64,000 nt of DNA from Bacteroidota bacterium. GTDB lineage: Bacteria; Bacteroidota; Bacteroidia; Bacteroidales; Paludibacteraceae. How positions within the stretch are numbered: the first letter of the stretch is position 1; every line of letters starts with the position of its first letter. The position numbers were made by a program, and so were the translations under genes. The stretch covers positions 19,061 through 83,060 of the forward strand of contig JAJYBB010000014.1 in assembly GCA_021779195.1 (NCBI GenBank), in the 5' to 3' direction. The notes beneath the pieces were generated by a model, which was given only the letters and a program-made list of their open reading frames with translations, ran no database searches and was not told where the DNA came from. Shown one piece after another: positions 58,712-64,000 of the stretch.

Positions 58712-60424
58712 TTATAAAGTTATGGGGTAAACCATTTCTTTTATATGTTTAAAATATCCTTTGTAATTTTTAGTATTTAAGTCGCTATCGGTCAACACTT
58801 CCAAAACAGTAGCTTTGTCGGAAGTTAAAAGATTTTCGATGCTCGCTGAAATTTTTTCCGCCTCATCACAAAATAAATAACCAAGCCCAAAAGCTTCTAC
58901 CAGCGCATTAATTTTCACATGGTGAGGAGTGGTAAAAAAATCAAGATTTTCCTTCATTAATTGATCATCGCCAATAAACCTGAAAATGTTTCCGCCATTA
59001 TTATTTAATACAATGATTTTAAGATTACTACTGATATAATTATTCCATAGTGCATTTGAGTCATATATAAACGATAAATCGCCCGTAAGAAAAATGGTTG
59101 GTTTTTGCGAAGCGAAAGCAAAACCTGCAGCTGTCGACATGCTTCCATCAATGCCCGAAGTGCCACGGTTGCAGTAGTATATAAGGTCGGAACGCGAAGG
59201 ATACAATTGTGTCCATCGAACGGAGGTACTGTTGGCTAAGTGTAATGCTGAATTTGAAGGCAACTTTTTCAATAATTGGGTTGTCAGACTCATGTCCGAA
59301 AGTTCAGGGTGATTGACAAAGGTTTCATGTTGAAGCATTAGTTCGTGCATCCAATTCTGAAATATTTCAGCGAAACCTTTTCCTCTTTTGTTCAAAGGCA
59401 TTTGCATCAGTGTTTCTTCAGCCGATCCGGGAATAACCGTGGTCAGACTTTTATAAGTGTCAACATAAGGCATTGTCGATGCTAATTGCCATTGTTCTTC
59501 CGGCTGAAATTCACGTAAAAAAAGTTTTAATTGTTTACAAATTACCGAATGCCCAATCGTAATTAATAATTCCGGCTGAAATTGCGAAACTGAAATCTTA
59601 TTTTGATCAACAGCATTAATTACTGCAAATAACGATTCAGGCTGAGAGATAATTCGTTCGCCATTTATGTTTGAGAGGTTTTCAGCAATAACCACAACAT
59701 CAGGTTCGTTGGAAAGTCGGTTAGCGAGTTCAATAAGTTTATCATTTTTAGGTAAAATCCCAAATATTACCATTTTTTTCTGAAACTTTGTCCACGTATT
59801 TTGCAACATACCCAAACTTTCAGGAGTAAGCGAAATCCGGTTTTGAACTGTTTTTATAATTTTAGGATGGCTGTGTATATCAGGCAAAGCAGAATAAATA
59901 GGTTCACGTAGGGGAACATTAATTTGTATCGGACCTTGCGGGAATGATAATGCCGCATCAATAGCCTGTGAAACCTGTCGGTCGGAAAAACTCAAATCAG
60001 CCGGTTGAATGGTTTCAACCGGTAAATTGAAGCTTTCTTTTATATAATTGGCATAAATATTTGTTTGCCGCAAAGTTTGTCCATCAGCCTGATCAATCAT
60101 TTCAGCAGGCCTATCGGCAGTGAACACAAGCAATGGCAAATTTTGGTAATATGCCTCGGCGATTGCCGGTGCAAAGTTCAGAACTGCTGTCCCTGAAGTG
60201 CAAATAAGAGCAACAGGTTCCCCGCTATTTTGTGAAATTCCGAGTGCGAAATAGGCTGCAGAACGTTCGTCGGTAATACTTAAACATTCCATTTCGGGTT
60301 GAGCTGTAAATGCGAAAATTAAAGGAGCATTGCGCGATCCGGGAGCAATGACCACTTTTCGAACGCCATGTTTGGCGCAAATTTCGGGTATATTTTTAAT
60401 TCCTTGTCGGAAATGATGTACCAT
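58712..60424 (-). CDS. menD: 2-succinyl-5-enolpyruvyl-6-hydroxy-3-cyclohexene-1-carboxylate synthase
   Basis: 570 aa ThDP enzyme (PGSRNAPL, TSGTAVLNFAPAIAEA, GTSGIDG, GDLSFIYDSNAL...NNGGNIF), adjacent to menF. Confidence 0.9.
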   Translation of the reverse strand: MVHHFRQGIKNIPEICAKHGVRKVVIAPGSRNAPLIFAFTAQPEMECLSITDERSAAYFALGISQNSGEPVALICTSGTAVLNFAPAIAEAYYQNLPLLVFTADRPAEMIDQADGQTLRQTNIYANYIKESFNLPVETIQPADLSFSDRQVSQAIDAALSFPQGPIQINVPLREPIYSALPDIHSHPKIIKTVQNRISLTPESLGMLQNTWTKFQKKMVIFGILPKNDKLIELANRLSNEPDVVVIAENLSNINGERIISQPESLFAVINAVDQNKISVSQFQPELLITIGHSVICKQLKLFLREFQPEEQWQLASTMPYVDTYKSLTTVIPGSAEETLMQMPLNKRGKGFAEIFQNWMHELMLQHETFVNHPELSDMSLTTQLLKKLPSNSALHLANSTSVRWTQLYPSRSDLIYYCNRGTSGIDGSMSTAAGFAFASQKPTIFLTGDLSFIYDSNALWNNYISSNLKIIVLNNNGGNIFRFIGDDQLMKENLDFFTTPHHVKINALVEAFGLGYLFCDEAEKISASIENLLTSDKATVLEVLTDSDLNTKNYKGYFKHIKEMVYPITL

Positions 60425-60505
60425 AGTATTTACTTTATATTCATTTCAAATGTAATGAATTAATACTAAATCGATTATTTATTTTTAGATTTCCAAATTA
60501 ACGTA

Positions 60506-61645
60506 TTATTCTATAGAATTAATAACATTTGTCATCGTCATCATTTTATTTTCAGTTTCTTCCCATTCATTTTCAGCAACCGATGAATTCGTGATGCCTG
60601 CACCGCTATAAATAACAAAATGATTATCAATTAATTGTAAACAACGCAGGTTTACAAAAATATTTGTTTCTTTGTTGATTTGGATTGGTCCCAGAAATCC
60701 GGAATAATAACTTCGGTCGTGTTTTTCGTTTTTCAAAATAAAATTGAGAGCATCGCTTTTTGGCAATCCGCCTACAGATGGAGTAGGGTGGAGGGCTTTT
60801 AATAAAGCAGACAATCGAGAATTAGTATCATTTTTTGAAAATTCAAACGTTGTTTTCAAATGTATGAGGTTGGCTGCTTGATAATTTTTCGGTCCGGTTT
60901 TGTGAACTTTTGAAATGCCACTTGAACGAAGAGTTTGCTCAACAAAATCGGTAACAATTCTCTGTTCTTCAATTTCTTTTGCACTCCAACGGTACGTTTC
61001 AACTGCTGCACCGGTAGCAATTTGCGTTCCGGCAAGCGAAACGGTTTTCAGGCTTTCATGTTCCGTTTTGAGTAATGGTTCTGGTGTAGCACCCAACCAA
61101 CAACCTACCTCAGGTATTTGGATCAGATATACAAATGCATGTGGATATTTTTGGCAAAGTTTCAGGAAAAATGCTGAAGTGTTGAATTCATCTGACGATT
61201 TAATGATCCGGATTTTCGATAGCACAACTTTTTGAAATTTACCGGTATTTATTCTCTTTACTGCGCTATTCACCTGATTTTTAAAATCACGCTTTGAGGT
61301 TGAATTTAGGTTGTTAATATTTGATGTTTTGGAAGTGAGAAAATTTGAATTTGATCTTAACATACTGATCAAAGAAGCTTGAATTTCGGTTGACAGGGCT
61401 ATAACATCAGGTTTCAAAAAGTAAGTTCCATGTTTTTCGTTCTCGAAAAACGGAGAAATGACAAATCCTGAATTTTCGCCAATTTCATCCAAAGAAGAAA
61501 TTTTTTGAGGAAATGATTGATATTGAACAAGTGTTGTAATTTCAGTTTCAATTGGTAAACGAAAAGAAACAAAGGGAATTCTTCGCTTTAAACACGTTGT
61601 TTGTAAATTATATAATGGTTGGTATAAAGTACTTTCAATAACCAT
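60506..61645 (-). CDS. menF: isochorismate synthase
   Basis: 379 aa chorismate-binding fold (GATPEPLL, HPTPSVGG, YSGFLGP, GAGIT). Confidence 0.85.
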   Translation of the reverse strand: MVIESTLYQPLYNLQTTCLKRRIPFVSFRLPIETEITTLVQYQSFPQKISSLDEIGENSGFVISPFFENEKHGTYFLKPDVIALSTEIQASLISMLRSNSNFLTSKTSNINNLNSTSKRDFKNQVNSAVKRINTGKFQKVVLSKIRIIKSSDEFNTSAFFLKLCQKYPHAFVYLIQIPEVGCWLGATPEPLLKTEHESLKTVSLAGTQIATGAAVETYRWSAKEIEEQRIVTDFVEQTLRSSGISKVHKTGPKNYQAANLIHLKTTFEFSKNDTNSRLSALLKALHPTPSVGGLPKSDALNFILKNEKHDRSYYSGFLGPIQINKETNIFVNLRCLQLIDNHFVIYSGAGITNSSVAENEWEETENKMMTMTNVINSIE

Positions 61646-61663
61646 AATGATTAAAATTTTGCA

Positions 61664-62074
61664 CTAAGCATTTGGAATGGGGACAATTCGATTGGTTAAT
61701 CGGCATAACGAAATGAGTTTACCTGTTTTATCTTCAATCCGAATTTCCCAGACATGTTGAGTTTTGCCGCGATGAACAATGGTTCCAATGCCAAAAACTT
61801 CATTTTCATGGGTTGTAGCCACGTGACTACCACTTATTTCGACTCCTAAAACCTGAAATTTTCGTAAATCAACTAAAAATATAGAACCCATACTTCCTAC
61901 AGATTCGGCTAAAGCCATTGAAGCACCGCCATGTAAACGTTTCATGGGTTGAAAAGTTCTATGATCAACGGGCATTTTCGCTACTATTCGGGTTTCGTTT
62001 GCTTCGATAAATACAATGTCCAACTGTTCCATTAACGTATTTCTGCAAATTTTGTTTATCTCATCGCAAGTCAT
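61664..62074 (-). CDS. PaaI/YdiI-type hotdog thioesterase (probable 1,4-dihydroxy-2-naphthoyl-CoA hydrolase)
   Basis: The HGGASMALAESVGS motif and its position at the head of the menF-menD block. Start set at the ATG at 62072-62074; the longer ORF adds a non-family 35-aa extension. Confidence 0.75.
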   Translation of the reverse strand: MTCDEINKICRNTLMEQLDIVFIEANETRIVAKMPVDHRTFQPMKRLHGGASMALAESVGSMGSIFLVDLRKFQVLGVEISGSHVATTHENEVFGIGTIVHRGKTQHVWEIRIEDKTGKLISLCRLTNRIVPIPNA

Positions 62075-62358
62075 GCTGTACAATTGATGTAATTTATATA
62101 TCTGATTATCTGAGTTTTTATTATAATTTGAAAAGTGCAGAATTGATGAAATTGGGATTGTTGTAAAAAAAATCTGCATTTCGCAAGTTTCGTTTTCTTG
62201 ATAAATAACTCTGATAAAAGGTTGTATTCATAGATTTATATTCTCGAAAACCAATCTACAAAGATAAATAAAATTCCGATTAAAGTATTCATTCCTGTTC
62301 AAGCTCAAAAAAACAGAAAAAATATCATTCAAGTATTTGGTAATCCAAAGAAAAAGAG

Positions 62359-62366
62359 TATTTTTG
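62359..62366 (+). promoter_or_regulatory. candidate -7 element (TATTTTTG) for rplM-rpsI
   Basis: Exact TAnnTTTG match about 140 nt upstream of the rplM start. Confidence 0.45.
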
Positions 62367-62505
62367 CAGTCCGTTTATTATCCCTGTATAATAGTTTGTT
62401 TTTAAAAGCATAATTATCGAATTTTGTGCCGATTAGCCTCCTCAAATTTCATGAAAAAGCTCAAAGGAACGACTCAGTTATTAATTCAATAAACAATTTA
62501 TCAAA

Positions 62506-62961
62506 GTGAATACGTTAAGTTATAAAACCATTTCTGCCAATAAAGCAACGGTTCAGAAAGAATGGGTAGTCGTGGATGCTACCGATATGATATTGGGACG
62601 TATGGGTGCTAAAGTTGCCAAAATTTTGCGCGGAAAATACAAACCAAGTTTTACTCCTCATGTTGATTGTGGTGATAATGTGATTATTATCAATGCTGAC
62701 AAAGTTCAATTGACCGGTAATAAATGGAATGAAAGAGTGTATTTAAGCCACACGGGATATCCCGGAGGGCAACGGGAAATAACTCCAGCCAAATTGATGG
62801 AAAAAAGTCCTGAAAAACTTGTAAAAAAAGTTGTTAAAGGCATGTTGCCAAAAAACCGCTTGGGTGCAAAGTTGTTGAATAACTTGCATGTATTTAGCGG
62901 ACCAGAACACAATATGCAAGCTCAACAGCCAAAACAAATCGATTTAAACTCACTTAAATAA
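62506..62961 (+). CDS. rplM: 50S ribosomal protein L13
   Basis: 151 aa: MNTLSYKTISANKATVQKEWVVVDA...HTGYPGG. GTG start. Confidence 0.95.
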   Translation: MNTLSYKTISANKATVQKEWVVVDATDMILGRMGAKVAKILRGKYKPSFTPHVDCGDNVIIINADKVQLTGNKWNERVYLSHTGYPGGQREITPAKLMEKSPEKLVKKVVKGMLPKNRLGAKLLNNLHVFSGPEHNMQAQQPKQIDLNSLK

Positions 62962-62966
62962 TCAGT

Positions 62967-63353
62967 ATGGAAGTAATTAATGCCTTAGGAAGAAGGAAAG
63001 CGGCTGTTGCTCGTGTTTTCGTAAGCGAAGGAAACGGACAAATTACCATTAATAAACGCGATATAAATGTATATTTCCCATCTCCAATTTTACAATACGT
63101 GGTTATGCAACCACTTACAAAATTAGGAGTAACCGAAAAATATAATATCAAAGTGAACATTGGTGGTGGAGGTTTCAAAGGTCAAGCCGAAGCATTGCGG
63201 TTGGCTATTGCTCGTGCATTGGTGAAAATTAACCCCGAAGACAAACCAAGTCTAAAATCGGAAGGTTTCATGACCCGCGATCCACGTGAGGTTGAACGTA
63301 AAAAACCAGGTCGTCCAAAAGCTCGCAAGAGATTTCAGTTCTCAAAACGCTAA
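62967..63353 (+). CDS. rpsI: 30S ribosomal protein S9
   Basis: 128 aa: GRRKAAVARV...GGGFKGQAEA...RDPREVERKKPGRPKARKRFQFSKR. Confidence 0.95.
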   Translation: MEVINALGRRKAAVARVFVSEGNGQITINKRDINVYFPSPILQYVVMQPLTKLGVTEKYNIKVNIGGGGFKGQAEALRLAIARALVKINPEDKPSLKSEGFMTRDPREVERKKPGRPKARKRFQFSKR

Positions 63354-63402
63354 TTTTTATTTACCATTTTATTATTTACCATTTACCATCATCCGTTGCG
63401 CT

Positions 63403-63410
63403 TAATTTTG
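63403..63410 (+). promoter_or_regulatory. candidate -7 element (TAATTTTG) for rpsB
   Basis: Exact TAnnTTTG match 137 nt upstream of the rpsB ATG. Confidence 0.45.
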
Positions 63411-63546
63411 TCAATTGAAAATGATAAATGAATAAATTTTAGTTGGTGTTGGTTTAGTATCTAAATTGTCGGGACTCTTAGTTTTTTCGAAGGCTATCAG
63501 GCAATTGATTTAAAAACAGAAGGTAAACAAATTTAAAACAAAAAAA

Positions 63547-64000
63547 ATGTCAAGAACAAATTTTGATGAATTATTAGAAGCAGGTTGTCATTTTGGTCAC
63601 CTGAAACGTAAATGGAATCCCGCAATGGCTCCTTATATTTTTATGGAGCGGAACGATATTCACATTATCGATTTACATAAAACGGTGGTAAAAGTTGATG
63701 AAGCTGCTGCTGCATTAAAACAAATTACTAAGTCAGGTCGCAAAGTTCTTTTCGTTGCAACTAAAAAGCAAGCTAAAGATGTAGTAGCTGAAAAAGCTAA
63801 ATTGGTTGGAATGCCTTATATTACTGAACGTTGGGCAGGAGGGATGTTAACAAACTTTCCAACTATTCGTAAGGCAATTAAGAAAATGTCATCAATCGAT
63901 AAAATGATGACTGATGGAACTTTCGATAATATTTCAAAACGCGAAAAATTACAAATCACACGTCAACGCGAAAAATTAGATAAGAACTTGGGTTCAATTG
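63547..64000 (+). CDS. rpsB: 30S ribosomal protein S2, N-terminal part (runs off the right edge)
   Basis: Manual translation from the ATG at 63547: MSRTNFDELLEAGCHFGHLKRKWNPAMAPYIFMERNDIHIIDL..., the canonical S2 N-terminus. Confidence 0.93.
   Translation, partial: MSRTNFDELLEAGCHFGHLKRKWNPAMAPYIFMERNDIHIIDLHKTVVKVDEAAAALKQITKSGRKVLFVATKKQAKDVVAEKAKLVGMPYITERWAGGMLTNFPTIRKAIKKMSSIDKMMTDGTFDNISKREKLQITRQREKLDKNLGSI

Overview
Low-GC (about 30-35% in hand-counted sample lines) chromosomal segment of Bacteroidota type. Support: many TAnnTTTG -7 promoter motifs at sensible distances from start codons, two proteins ending in T9SS C-terminal sorting domains, a GldF-like permease and a DUF4105 protein. 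Both ends are housekeeping. Left: ald (partial), mltG, murB, miaA, surE, adenine deaminase, gap. Right: a menaquinone block (thioesterase-menF-menD) and rplM-rpsI-rpsB (partial). In between lie a MarR/HlyD/MFS/TolC efflux operon, sbcDC and one tRNA-Arg(CCG). These are followed by about 27 kb of accessory-looking DNA in three parts. (i) An eight-gene Rrf2-linked hemerythrin/di-iron cluster (RIC, ferredoxin, two DUF438 paralogues, DUF1858) with a motif-dense 310-bp internal spacer. (ii) A 14.3-kb two-gene unit encoding 1504-aa and 3235-aa T9SS cargo proteins with cohesin-like and dockerin-like modules; this is the most interesting candidate system. (iii) A roughly 6-kb higher-GC island encoding a six-hairpin glycosidase plus an NTF2-like/SDR/CrtI-like trio. 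I saw no transposase, integrase, CRISPR array, rRNA or toxin-antitoxin pair. All family calls come from reading the translated ORFs by eye; no database search was run. Several ORF-track starts use TTG or GTG; I moved them to downstream ATGs where the promoter motif, a signal peptide or the family N-terminus supports the change.
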